Notes under the pieces: model-generated
The model's database searches: none
Told to the model about the DNA's origin: nothing
Seen by the model: only the letters and a program-made list of their open reading frames with translations
From: Nitrosopumilaceae archaeon
Lineage (GTDB): Archaea > Thermoproteota > Nitrososphaeria > Nitrososphaerales > Nitrosopumilaceae
Reading direction: 5' to 3'
NCBI GenBank assembly: GCA_965207375.1
Contig: CBDBMG010000002.1
Coordinates: 713,749-777,748 of the forward strand
DNA: 64,000 bases
In this document: piece by piece, positions 38,838 through 53,196 of the stretch
How the letters are laid out: each line of letters opens with the position of its first letter
Numbering within the stretch: the first letter of the stretch is position 1
Translations under genes and position numbers: made by a program

Positions 38838-40552
38838 ATATAACTATAAATATAAGTGCACCTGAACTACTCATGTCTAGAAACTACAGACTAGCAGCTT
38901 GAGCAAAAGTATGTAGATATATATCACTGCACCAACATATAGCTAGTTATATGGCTGATGTATAGCTACCTGTATATTAAATAAAATGCAATACAACACG
39001 CTACATAACCATTCATTACCTACCAGAGGTTAAAAATTCCTCTTCGGGTATACCGGCAGTTAATTCCAGCCAGAAAAGTGTCACAGTATGCGCGAACGCA
39101 CATACATACAATAAAATTTTGAATACGGAGATCACGTGAGTAATTTGTGCGTAGGCTCTGCATTCTATTTATTCATTATAATGTATCTAGCTTGCTGCAT
39201 GGTTATATGACAAGCCAAGCTAGTCTATAAAGAAATGGGTGCTTTCATTACGGCTACGTACCTGGCAGTACAGCTGCTACCGGCTCGGCTAGCGGGCCAT
39301 TGTATTTTGGCCAAGGTCCCCCCAGCTGGTTAGCAAGCTTCAAATTTAACTGTACCTCGCACACAAATACTCTGTCCATAACTGATTATTTCTGGACTGT
39401 GAGGGAGTAGCAGCTGCCATTGCTTTGCACGCTGTGAACAAAAATCGATTTTTAAAGCCTAAAAACTGTTTAAAGGACGTTCCTATAAATAACCTACCTT
39501 ACCAATTAAACCATTAATACTTCTAAGTGAATATACATTTATAAGGGTAAGCTAGGGGCGAGTAGTGTGAAGCGAGAGGATCGATACACAGAATGGGAAC
39601 ACGAAGTCACGTGACTCGCAGATGTTTCATGCCATTACTGCCAGAAGAAGTAATATTTTTTAGCGCCAGTCCAGATTTATTCAAGTGACACTTAACCTAA
39701 CTTATAACAATAATTGGCTAATCGATTTGCAGACATCAAATTTTTGCTTTGGAAACCCTAATAAAGGTAATGGCGGCGCATTTACGAAAATGTTATTCTG
39801 AAGACAATTTACCCACTGCGCCATGGCGATTCCCTTTATCCTTCATTCCTTTCCTTGTTCTTCTTTATTCCTTAGCAAGGTGCGAATTTCACCGAAGGTG
39901 ACGATAGCCTGTAACGGCTTCTGCTTATTGCGTCACACAAAAATCTGGCTTGCACGTGATATAATTAGTTACAGTGGCACGATGTTTTCGCGTGTACTTT
40001 ATTACATCGTGAACTTCGAGATTATAGCCTTGGACAAATAGCTTTTGCTGTTTTTCGAGCGTTATTTGCTATCACACAGCTGCTTTGCCATGTCAGCGCG
40101 TTGTTAACAAGCGCCTGTAAACAAGCATAATTATTACGTAAGCGCCTGTAACATTTTGTGCGCCTGCTAAAAGATTATTAAATGCTTAGCATGTATAAAA
40201 AGTAAACAAACTAGAATGATAAAATGAAGTGAGCCAAAAGTAGGGATTGAACTTTGGATTCAATAGTGCTACAAAAAGTATTCAATAGTGCTACAAAAAG
40301 TAAGGAAACAAGGAATAAGATTTTGGGACGAGAGAACATTCTGGCATGAGATAATTTATAAAAGTTTAATCCCTACTTTTGGCAAACCTGAAGTGAACCA
40401 AAAGTAGGGATTAAACTTTTATAAATTATCTTATGCCAGAATGTTCTCTCGTCCCAAAATCTTATTCCTTGTTTCCTTACTTTTTGTAGCACTATTGAAT
40501 CCAAAGTTCAATCCCTACTTACTTTTTAAATTTTTAATTTTTTATCATTCTA

Positions 40553-40612
<60 letters not shown>

Positions 40613-41454
40613 TAACCTAATTGGGCCAAAAACATGTAGCTACCTAACCTAAACTTAACGTAGGATAAAAATAGAATTTTAATGCATATATACCTAACCT
40701 ACAACAAAAAAACAAAAGGTAGCTACATTGATCAGTCTCTGAATGGGCCGGTTCCAATTCAATGTATTCCGTGTACCAATTTTGTATACCTCCCCACCTT
40801 GTGACTTATGGGGATACTTCACTTGGGATGGTAGTACTAACAGCCCTCTTTCTTTTTGCCTGTGGCTGAATACAACTGCAGTACTGCATCTTGCTGTTAG
40901 CCAATGACTTCTTCCACCCACACTATACTACATTCTCCCCCAAAGCAGCAATAAAAGGCTCATTACTAATGTGGTAATGGAAAAAAAGGAACAAGATAAA
41001 TGATCCCATAAACTGCGAAATATCCATAGATGGAACATCAGGTGGAGGCAGTGGGATGGATTTGGACAGACTTAGCAAAATATCCAAACCTGGATAATAT
41101 ATGTATGGTTTAAATTGGTTTTCTGAGGCCTTAATCATGATGGTACATTCATTGCGATCTCATTGCATAAACACTTGTGAAAATGCCAGCAATTTCATGA
41201 TGGCTGCTGGTAATTCACAACTTGCGCTAGCTATGGACATATGATATTTATGACATCACTTAACTGTTCTGAATCAGAAGCATCTGTTGAGGAATGATTA
41301 TTTAATCTGTATTGTTACATACTGTAAAGTCTTGATTGTCTATAGACGCCTTAAATTTGTGGGCGTGACTAATATTGCGTAATGTAAAAATCACGTGAAT
41401 TCATGGTCTGCCATTTTTGTAGGACAAAAACTCTGGACTTATTTGTTGTTGTTC

Positions 41455-42640
41455 ATGGCATTAAACTGTATATCTAATGATTCAAAGTACTTTACTTCTC
41501 TTAATTATTCGTCACGAAAACAATATTTGGAAAAGTTGAAGATAAACGGGTAAGTTTTAAAAGACCCGTATAGTATTGATGAAGTGAACTGGTCTGAAGA
41601 TATGACGCAGTGGCCTGAGCTGCAATTTGGCGATGTCTATACTAACTTGATAAATATGGAAGGGCAATTCACAAAAGAAAAGCTAAAGGCGTACAAGTCT
41701 TTAGATGCTTATAACTACTTTTACAATGGCTATGTACGTACTGTGTTTTTTGTCATTCTGGAGATTTTAGCACTCTCAAGGCTAGAGTTAATCCCAGTCA
41801 GAAAGCACCTGAAAACAGTCATAAAGCCTGGATCATAATCAGCATGAAAGATGGATCAGTACAGACAGCACACTGCACATGCATGGTTAGGTAAGTCTGC
41901 AAGTAGCTCAAGCTGGCTTCTGTATATTGCAGTCATTTTTTCATTTTTAGGCTAGGGGAAGTTTGTAGTCATGTTGCTGCCCTCCTATTCAAAGTTGAAG
42001 CAGCGTGCAGATTAGGTTATACTAATCCATCAAGAACGTCCTTGCCTTGTAAATGGAACCAGAGCTTCAAGACAGAGGTATGATTATATGTTGGGCAATA
42101 GACTATTTTAATGTTAATGTCATACACTTAGGTAACTCCAGCAGAATTATTTGATATCAAATTTATCAAGCCTAAGCACAGCATAAATATTGATCAGCAA
42201 GACAACACAAATGTTTTACCAGCTAAAAGAATGAAAGTTATTAGTGATCCACAGGATCTTCCCAAGATCAATGCAGAAACACTGTATAACAGTATATATG
42301 AGTTGGTGCCAAATGCCTGTCTTTTTACTGTTATGCCTGTTTTAGAGCAACAGCAAATTCATAGATCCTCAGAGCGAGTAATGACAACTGAACTAGTAAT
42401 TGGCCCAGAGCAGGTAACAACAACTGAACCAGCAACTGATCCAGAACAGGTATTGACCACTGAACCAGCAACTGACTCAGAACAGGTATGAGCCAGAAAC
42501 TGACCCAGGGCAGGTAATGGCAACTGAAACAGGAACTGATCCAAAGCAGGTAATGACAACTGAACCAGGAACTGACCCAGGGCAGGTAATGACAACTGAG
42601 CCAGAAACTGACCCAGAACAGGTAATAACAACTGAGCCAA
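41455..42640 (+). pseudogene. N-terminal half of the ISL2EU SWIM(-YqaJ) gene, with introns
   Basis: KDPY..WPELQFGDVY..LKAYKSLDAYNYFYNGYV; AHCTCMVG|LGEVCSHVAALLF; SLPCKWN. The YqaJ domain is missing. Confidence 0.82.
42370..42640 (+). repeat. 36-bp coding minisatellite (PEQVMTTEPATD-like)
   Basis: About 7 units of CCAGAACAGGTAATGACAACTGAACCAGCAACTGAT, one internally deleted. Confidence 0.92.
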
Positions 42641-43852
42641 TAACTCTGGACATCGCATCTATCCATTTATGGAACAACTGTGATACCCTGTTGTGGGTTA
42701 TGCCAAATCTGTAGGCAAGGTCTTCATTGGTAAGAGCTAGTCTCAACTTCATTAAAACTAACAAAAACTGGTCTTTAGGATGTAATCTATGACTTGAATC
42801 TTTAGACATTACACTTAATAAAAGATTTAGTAATGTGATGAACAAAGCGTAGCTTGGAAATCCAGGTTTGCTTATCATCTCCTTCCATTCTTGCTGAAGG
42901 ACTGCTGAATTTATTTATGTCATGTTTAAGCATTGCGATTAGCTGTTGTGATGAAAGACTCTGCATTACAGACTCCCATGACTTAGAGTCAATATCTGTA
43001 ACAACCATTTTATCATACTTCGTAACAGAAGTACCTTGTGTATCATCAGAGGTGATGTTACATTGAATTTCAGCATCATACTTTGGGGTATGAACATCCT
43101 GTGCAACACCAATCATGTTTGATACTACTTCATCATTAATCCGAAGCACAGTATCAGTTGCTTCACACTCCTCTGTGTCAGTATTTTGTTCAGAGGTAGC
43201 AGCATTTTGTTCAGAGTTAGCAGCATTGTCAGATGGATTACACAAACGTTTTGTTCTTATGTTGTCCTGATTCTTGCGCCTTCTTATCAGTCAGTTATAT
43301 CTAGCTTTCTTTTCAATATTAGATTTGGCACTGGTGGTGGAAAAGGTAAAAATTGACAGTACATAATCCGGATCATCTTTTGACTTAGCTGGCTCTCCTG
43401 TGGAAAACATGTACATAATAATACTGTTCATCCTGATAACCATAACAAGGTACATCATCACATCAGACCAAATCAAGTAACTGAATAGACAGTCCATAAT
43501 CAACAGGTCATCATTTGCGACTAAAACACATTATACATTAAAATCAATATGGCTCTCTAACAAGCACAGCTCAGTAGAGATGGAGGGGCGCTCAGCAAAA
43601 GTCAACAAGGTACTCTTAACTGAGAAGCTAAGCCACACTATCGTTCATTTAAACATTACTTTGTATCTTACTGTGTATAAAATGAGTGCTACAAAGTCTG
43701 GAATGTGACTTCGGTTCCCATTTATCACGCCGCATAACTCTAACCCAAAGGCTTCTCCTCTTCGGGTCTTTAGGAAATCTGTAGAATTTTACTAAAGGAT
43801 CTTTTTTGCTGTAACGTTTAGTACAGCCAACTGCGCTACAACTAGAAGGCAT
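42641..43852 (-). pseudogene. ISL2EU transposase remnant: THAP and HTH, DDE domain deleted
   Basis: MPSSCSAVGC..FYRFP..W..RLCSTHF; DDPDYV.SIF; KDQFLLVLMKLRLALTNEDLAYRFGI. Confidence 0.88.
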
Positions 43853-43995
43853 ATTGACGCACTACCAAATTATTCTTTTTGCCCTACAAAAATGGTGAAT
43901 CATGAATTCACGTGATTTTTATATTACACAATATTAGTCACGCCCACAAATTTAAGGCGTCTATAGATGGGAGAATTACAAACCTATGTAGCTAG

Positions 43996-44698
<703 letters not shown>

Positions 44699-47553
44699 TG
44701 TATCATTGTCTTTGTTAATTCTAGTGTTTAATTTATGATCTTACACTGTTAAAAATGGTTTGTTCTGGTAGCATAGCTATAATGGTTTACTATGGCAGCA
44801 TGCACAGCTACTTTTACCTGATCTTTTCATCTTTCACTGAGTATAGCTACGTATATACAGCTATAGCTATATATAGTGTAAATTTGCCTGACCATGCAAC
44901 CAAAAGTTGCTTCCTACACCCCTGTAAGCTGCATGTATAGCTATTGATGCACGTTTCTTCATGTGTTTTATTTGTGATCCTCGCATGCACCATGCACTAC
45001 TTCATCTTAAATCAGCTTGCCTGTGTTCTCTTCAATTATGTTATTTATGCATGATAGCTATATCAGTGTCAAACTGTAGCTATATTTATCTTTCTTCATG
45101 TATTTCATTTGATATCCTGGTAGCACTTGCTTGCCTTAAATCGGTTCTCTATATAGTACAATATGTTATCGCTGGAGCTATATAGATAGGTGGCTATATG
45201 TATCTAGTTAACACACCTTTCTTCAAATGTTTCATTTGTGATCCTAGCAACACTTCTTTGTCTTAAATCTGCAAGTCTGTGTTCTCTACAATTATTATTA
45301 TAGCTAGCTAACATCATGCAGAGACCCTATGTGCATGTACACTTATTATGGCTATAGTTATAACTACCTACTTTATAGGCATCATTTGAAAGATATAGCT
45401 ACTGAGCTATAGCTATAAGTACCTTGTACGAGGCAATTCTTGTGTGCACCTTTGCGCAGCCCAATCTCTAAGATCAGCAAGCCTCTGGGATCTACGAGTG
45501 TGAGATTCATGCTGCCTGTGATCCTTCTTCGTTCACGATTCTGTTGTCTTCTTTCCTCTCTTTGCTGTTCGGTGGGACGATGACGGTGTTGTTGTGAACA
45601 TGTTGTACTGGACATTATTTAGCTAACTTGCTATAGTTATAGAACTTATACAAGTCTTACGGTGCCGCTCCTAGCTGTAGTTAATTATAACACTATTGTT
45701 ATACGTAGCTATATGAGCTCACGTATACCTATGCATAGATATAGCAAGTTCATTATTGTCAAATACAAAATAATATGGCTATATATACATGCATGCAGTC
45801 ATGTACTGTGTATACAAGTTATAAGGCTGCCAGCTTGACTTGGGCGACGGGTGAGTTCAGTGATGGAACGATCAGTAGCTATACTGGTGGCAACGGAGAC
45901 AGTCGGCTAGTTTCAACAGCTTGAGCGCACGCCTCACGGGGACTATCCACTTCCATTGCAGACATATACATACAAAACCGCAAATAGAGCACGATTATTT
46001 GCCTCACGCTAATGCGTTCAGCAATTAAATCGTGCCACCATAATTAGGGGCAAGTCTATCTTGTATAAGAAAGGCCATTCTTCTTAGAAGACATAGCAAA
46101 CCATACCTATCTAGTTATTAGATTTATGAAAACTGCCATTAAATTCTGTAGAATTGTTTGCAAAATATCTAGATGATGGATGATTGGATGAGAATAATTC
46201 AAACTTCAGTAGAACTTGGGGACTGGGAGCCATCATTTGAGGAATGACAGGCTGCCAGCAATATTACCCAAATCCAGCATTTAATATGGTATTGACTACT
46301 GCCGACAAAAAAGCAAAAAATGTTGCTCTCCTGAATTTAAATCCTGATCTAAACAGCGTTAACATTGCAGCAATCATGTTTTTTCATGAAAACTGTCAAG
46401 AACCATCCAACAGACCAGTTTACAGTGATGCTAGGAACTTCATGTGATGCTGCAGGAGGTCTGTTTTTATTTTCATGAGTTTCCATTCGCATACTCATCT
46501 GGGTTGTTACTTAGACATTTGTCAGCATTGGCTTATTAATTCTTTAATGTATGGTAATTTGTCTTAGTCCATTTCGGACATTCTTCAAAACTTGTGTGTC
46601 TGCAACTAGACTAGTGTTAGAGCTTTTATTATCCTTCGTTAAAGAAAGAAATAGAGTGGAAAGGCTCGTCAGAGCGTACAAACTATTATCTACAAAAGTG
46701 CCACGCCAGACTCGGAGCTCTCCGATTTGAAAAGCGCCTTAACATATATTAGGCACTTAAAAAGTGTCAGCAGCCAAGCTTCAAGATTTTAGAATGATGG
46801 ACAGCATCCTAATTATCAAACTACCTAACCATACACCTCTCAAAACTACCTAACCATACACCTCTCATGAAGGTGATGGATCATGTGCTGGGATTATATT
46901 TTATACATGCAGAAGAAGTCGCTATGATGGATCTGGTGGTCTGAAGTCTGCTTTATGCATAGAGTAGCTAGCTGTTAGGTTTAGGAGTATAGCATAGCAA
47001 GATCAATGTAGGGCTGAGTAGGGTCATTATAGATAGATAGGTTTAATTTAGTTTCGTGCTTCCAATGAAGGCACACATAGCTACCTCTCTCTCACACACA
47101 CTTATATAATGTAGATTATACATTGCCATAGCTGGTTTTTGACCACAGTCAGCTGGCTACCAGCTGGTCAAAAACCAGCTTGGAGCCAGTAAGATCGAAA
47201 AGAATAGAATAGAATAGGAAAGAGTAGCAAGGCTCACCCCACTATACGACTTATTGGCATCAAAAGTTTTAACGCCAAAGTGCTCATCCGCGTGGCCTAT
47301 ACATTTTAAGTTTTGTAGGAGCCATAGGACAAATTACCTACAGTGAAATAGTTACAATACAGTTAAATGCAAATAATGTTTACTCATGCTTACTATCATC
47401 TATGCATCATGCTGTTCTTCCATTCTTCGATCAGGATCTTTGCGAGCTATCCTGTAAGCTGTTGTATCACCAGTTACACTAAGATATGTAGTTTACTTGA
47501 ACTTACTACATATGATGTTACGCTGCTGTACTTCCATTCTTCTCTCTAGACTA

Positions 47554-48088
47554 CCGTATGGCCAGAAAATTTGACAGGGAATTTAATTTGATGGTTTAAC
47601 GTTCATTACACCTATCGTCAAATTAATATCCGTCAACATTAATGTTCCGGATACTAGTGTTTTTCCAAGAGAACTAAAGTCAAAGTGGCGCTCTTAAAAT
47701 TACCTATAAATGTGTAGGCGCTTCAACTGAAGAGGTTAACAGTCGAGTAAGCAAAGTTATACAGTCAGCGAGTTTGTCTGCCAGGTGCGTTTCTCAAGAC
47801 TACCTTTCATCCACAAACGGCATCCTACTGTCTGCCTTACCAAGCGGTAAACATAGTGGCCTCTTTACGTAGCTCTGTATTCTAATATTGCAGAAAACAT
47901 GGTAATATTACTGCACTGTAATGGCTGGTGATTGCCTTCGTATTCACTTGATAAATAAATTATTGAGGCAGAATATGCGCGGCACACGTGCTGTCATTTC
48001 GTCAAATTTAAATCCGTCATATTTTCAAAATGCGATTTGGAGGCAATTTCGTCAAATTAAATTCCCATCAAATTTTCCGGCCATACGG
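47554..48088. mobile_element. Tc1/mariner-pogo-type MITE
   Basis: TA|CCGTATGGCCAGAAAATTTGA...TCAAATTTTCCGGCCATACGG|TA. Confidence 0.9.
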
Positions 48089-48724
48089 TATGTAAGCAAA
48101 TTTGTTGATGAGCCACTACATCGCGTTGCCTTTCCTCTTGTCTCCTTTCTGGATTGTCCACATAAAGTTGTATTCAGGTGGCTGAATTGTGTTCCTCAAA
48201 ATTAAACATGCCATCCTTCTTTGCTAACTATAAGGGATGATTTCAGGTTGTCATTTTTTTCATTGCAGACTACCTTTAACATGCATCCTCAGCTACCCTC
48301 TAAACAAGTGTAAAATCACTTTAGAAACTATCATCAAAATTCTCAACTGCTATGTGCTTCTTGTTGTACATTAAATACAAATTATGCTAAGCAAAAATAG
48401 CTTGAGGCTATCAAAAAGGGCGCAGCCAAGTAAAGTAGAATCAGTAGGTAAAAGCAAAGATTGATATCACGTTGCGGTCAAGTAGATATGAATATTGCCA
48501 CAATCAAATTATTAAAACGACTAGTAGGAACAAGGAATGATATCAAGTAGCGTAAGTTCGCGATTATCGAACAGACGATTATCGACACTCTATTATGGAC
48601 TGGTATACGGGAAACGTAATCAAGAAGTTCCGGTAAAGTGCGCTAAAACTCTCGTAATCATTACACATTTTTCTGACCAGCCGCTTCGATAATCTGGCGA
48701 ATGTTTTAATAGAGTACTCGGAGT

Positions 48725-49411
48725 AACACGTGGCTGTCCAGGACCTTATCGACAGCAAGATAGACTGTGGTGATCTAGTACCGATGGAAGGGTAAAGGCA
48801 CGGCGATACAGGATTTTGGGCATAGGTAAGTGTATTATTGTCTGTGCTTAGCCATACATAGTCGAGGCGCGTAGCGCTCTAAGCGGGTTTAGCCATGCTT
48901 ATGGCTTAGTATGTCGTGCGTGTTTCGCAAACCTTAGTATACCTATGATGTATTTATAAATCATTTCATAATGTCTTGTTTCCAATTGATGCACACCCAC
49001 ATGTTAAAGTACCGCAGTCATATTAACAGCACTGATAGAGGAGATCCTAACAATGTGATCTTGATACAAAGCAAAAACCAGGGGTGTAAAAAAGTGTGAG
49101 GCCAATCATAAGCAGAATTGCAAACAGACAGGTGCAACCAAAAGCTTTGATATCAGCTGAGGCCAGGAATAAGTGTACAATAGTTTATTGCATACTTTCA
49201 CAAGTATGATTGGCTTTGTCACGTTGGCCACCTTTATAATAGTTTAGGTGGACATGTAACAAAGCCAATCATTCTTGATGTATTCAGCTGATATCAAAGT
49301 TTTTGGTTGCACCTGCCAGTTTGTAATGCTGCTTCTGATTGGCCTCGCACTTTAGATAGTGATGGTAAGTGTTCAAGCAGTGTTGTACATATCCAGAAAT
49401 CTCCATACATT
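48725..49411 (+). repeat. Direct repeat copy 1 (copy 2 at 61492-62475); contains a fold-back at 49093-49353
   Basis: Near-identical from AACACGTGGCTGTCCAGGACC to CATATCCAGAAATC.CCATACATT. Confidence 0.93.
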
Positions 49412-50343
49412 ATGCGGATATCCGGGTGTATTATTAGAGTATATTTTAAACAACGTTAAACAAGCACGAAACAATGATTGATATACTTAAGGCAGCCTAG
49501 TATACCTGAAATAACTCCATTTTCTATGATTTGAATCTTGTAAAGTAGGTTTTTGGGCTTTCATTTTATATGCATGCGTAAACGAGCACACTAGCTGTAC
49601 CTTTGAAAGGGTGCAAGCGCCCTCGCGCTTACAATGTAGTACAAGTTCGAGTGTGGTTCCAGCGAATTCATTTTATGGTATGTACGTACATTACAAATAG
49701 TATGAGGGCTCCCTGGTAGCTAGTTTTTTTTGCCTAATCCTGAGAGTGTACTGGGCCCAAGCATAGCTACGAGTCTGCTATACAATCTATGGCCCATGCG
49801 AACCCCCTTACCCTATCAAACTAAGTTGATAGCAAAGAGCTGTAGCTTGCTAATATGTATTACGCTTGCCTGCTTAGGTGTGTGGCAGTTTAGAGATAAA
49901 CAGTGCTATTGATGTGGTCAAGGGGGTAAGGAGTCATACAATGTGATAGCAGCTCAGGGTACTGCTAGTACACTGAAGTTTGTTGTTGTTGTCATTGGTG
50001 TTTTTGTTTATCATTGTTAGCATAGGCATGAGAGTGGTAAAATGTCTCTGAAGTTTACTCCCAGGAAGATGTTTGTAGTGGGGGCCTACTGACGGAAATT
50101 CTCGCAAAACCCTCTTCATGAATTTACAAGGTATCGCATATTTCACTAGATGTGCCCCGCTGTGCTGTTTTAAGTTCATTGATACGCTAGATTCAATCAT
50201 ACAGAGTTCATCTTGTATATGTACATTAGGATGAAGAAACTGGAGTGTTTAAGCCTGATCCTCTCAACTATGTGTGGTATAGACGGATAAACAACAGTTT
50301 TGTTAGGCAAGTGAGGCTCTTATTTGTGATAGATTGCATGCTT

Positions 50344-50490
<147 letters not shown>

Positions 50491-50805
50491 TCGCTTTATA
50501 TTAATAGTGTTGAAGTGTGCCTTTATGAAAGCCTGATGATAGAAGGTTTATAGCTTAACCACGAGTTCTCTGTATTAAATCTTTCTTCATCGCTAATTTA
50601 TACTTAAACTGTAGTTCTCTTTGGCACTGCATATATGGTACACCTAATACTTAAAATCAAGTTCTTATTAATGCATGCCATCACTTTTATTCCATCACTT
50701 GCAACTGCTTGTGTAACATCATACGTAAGTATACATGCATTTTGCATTTTATATTTAAGTCATAAATGGTACAATGCATAAGTAACACTACAAAATTCAT
50801 CAGAG

Positions 50806-53196
50806 TTATACACATCTTGGACAGATAAAAGGCTCGTTAATATTATAACTGATACAGTCCTCGTGAATCCACTGTTTGCAGTGGCATTCTATCCAATCTC
50901 CCATATCATAGTGCACCTTCTGAAACGATTGCATACATATGGGACAGGTATCGAAATCTCTTGTGTCTTTTACGGTAGCCTTTCCTTTACCCTTTCTTGT
51001 TTTCTCATTTGTTGACTTTACAGAAGCTTCTTGTGTAGGCACCTTTTTCGAGCCAGTAACCTTCTTAGTGGTTGGCATCTTTTGTGCCTTTTTCCTCTCC
51101 CTCTCTTGCTTTCGTTTCTCTTTTTCCAAAGCCTTTTCCTTTTTTTCATCTTCTTTGTCTTGCATGATTTTTATGGCCTCCTCACTGGTCAAGACTCTAG
51201 CTCCGGTGATTCTTATCTGCTTTTTTTTCTGCTTTGGAACCACCACAGCCTGATGCAAGTACTTAGAAATGTAGTTTCCAGTATCTTCTGGTCCCCCTGG
51301 TTTTGAACCATAAGATCGTGATCTTTTTCTTGGTCTATTTAGGGCTTCATACACAGTGCTGTAATTAAGAATTATTTTGTCGGACTTTGTGGACTTGTCA
51401 GGTTGTGAGGCTGTAGTAGTAGCCGGCACCATTGAAGATGTAGAAACCTCTGTAAGCCATTCACTTGGGACATCATTGGGATGGTTTACCATTAGCCATT
51501 TTACATAGTCCTCATCATAGATATCATATCCCTCCTCAAACCGCTTTTGGTACAGTTGCTCATTGGCATCTCCTCCCTCCTCTAAGGCTATGTCACTTTG
51601 CTGGCTGCCATGGGGTACCATCAAATTATCACCATGCACTGAGGTGTTTTTAAAGCCTTTTGATTTTGTGACACCTTTAACAACACATATATATGTATCT
51701 AACATACATAGTTATAGCCTTTGTTTGGAGATACCTTTTTCTATTTTGTTTAGACGTGTTATCCAATCATTTGGAGTTTCTTTTGGATATTTCTTTAGGA
51801 GCCATCTAGCATAGGGCTCACTGTAAATGTTGTATCCTTCTTCGTATCGTCTATTGAACAATTCTTCGTTTTCCAGGTACTCATCACTGCAGGCTTCCAC
51901 GTCACTGCTGTCAGAGGAGCAGTTGCCATCGTAGTCAATGACATCATCATGAACGTCATCATTTTCAGGAGGATCAGAGTCACCATCTATGTAAGTATGT
52001 ACACATGTAGTGTTTAGTTGAATATATTCTATTTAATTACCTGTGAGAAGATCATCATTTTCAAGGGTGGGCCGCACTTTGTCTCTATTAAGGGGATAAA
52101 TGCCAGCATTCCTAAAGCCTGCACAAATATTGCTTGAAAGCATAGCATTCTCCCATGCCTCCTTTAATAGTCTTGGGAAATTATATTTTGTAATCTGTAC
52201 CCCAGGGTTTCTTGATTGGAACGTATGTGTAGCCTTATTCCACTCTGTTTTTAATGGCTTAAACACGCACGTATCCAGGGGCTGGGATACGTGCGTAGAA
52301 TGGGGGGGAAGACAGAAGATTATCACTTTGCGTTTTTTAGCTTCCTGGCAAACTTTAGGCTGATAATATGTCTTGTGCCCATCTAAGATCAGTAGGAGTG
52401 GCCTGCTGGATACAGCATGCGTTAGGAAGTGATTGTTAAACCAATGCTCAAATAGATCAGTGTCGATCCACCCATTTTCACTGCGAGCATATTTTGTACC
52501 AGGGGGCCCATCTTTCATCCATTCTGGATTCAATGTTTTGGCATTGTATATTACATAGGGCGGGATGGCCTGACCGATTGCATTAACACAAGCCACTAAT
52601 GTTGTTTGAGCCTTATTTCCAGATGCACAGTGTTCGTAAGCCATCCCAGTTTCATCGACATTGTAGATTTGAGCAGGTTTGTTTAGTAGGTTATTGTCTT
52701 TCAGGGTTTTCTCCAATAAATCAAAGTAATGTTTAATTGCCTGTGATGTAACCGCATCCATCTCATTTGCAGCAGGATCTCCCTTGCATAGTGAAAGGTA
52801 GGTCTGTCTTTTCATAAATTTTTCATACCATCCTTGAGTAATTCTATCCTTCTGCAAGATGCCTTTATCCTTTGCAACATTTTCTGCTATTGTCATTATT
52901 TGTTTCCTTGTTTGTCCACAGCCGACAGAGGCAGCTTCAATTGCAAACTCTGCTAATTCTGTTTCCTCCTCCACACTCAAATACTGCTTAGGCCCAGGCT
53001 TTACTCCATGTACGACTTTTCCCTTTATTCTATTGTGCAAAGATGTCTTTGGCACACCGTGTACCCTTGCTGCTGTTGTAATAGGCGACCCATCTTGTAC
53101 GGCTTTCATTGCATCCAACATTGCCTGCTTTGACCATTGTAGTCGCTTCTTGAAGGGTCTCTTGGGAAGTGTATCGCATTTAGATTTTGACAGCAT
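50806..53196 (-). CDS. pogo-family DD35D transposase with C-terminal PHD, copy A (exons 53196-52041, 51986-51735, 51674-50806; 758 aa)
   Basis: HTH_psq AARVHGVPKTSL, CENP-B HTH, YNVDETG, LILDGH-35-QPLD, KE-rich region, CPIC..WIECHCKQWIHEDC..CPRC. GT-AG introns keep the frame; there is an in-frame deletion after MAYEHC. Confidence 0.85.

Larger units (their letters stand above)
41344..43962. mobile_element. Second ISL2EU element, internally deleted
   Basis: ~87-bp TIR AGACGCCTTAAATTTGTGGGCGTGACTAATATTG; AT on both flanks; convergent SWIM and THAP/HTH gene remnants. Confidence 0.9.

Noticed and set aside
40690-41330. Degenerate minus-strand coding-like region near CCTAAC repeats
   Set aside because: No recognisable motif and no paired terminus.
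44743-44765. Possible EnSpm/CACTA end TA|CACTGTTAAAAA
   Set aside because: No matching right end found.
47130-47180. Short hairpin AGCTGGTTTTTGACCA...TGGTCAAAAACCAGCT
   Set aside because: Too short to assign; probably a collapsed MITE.
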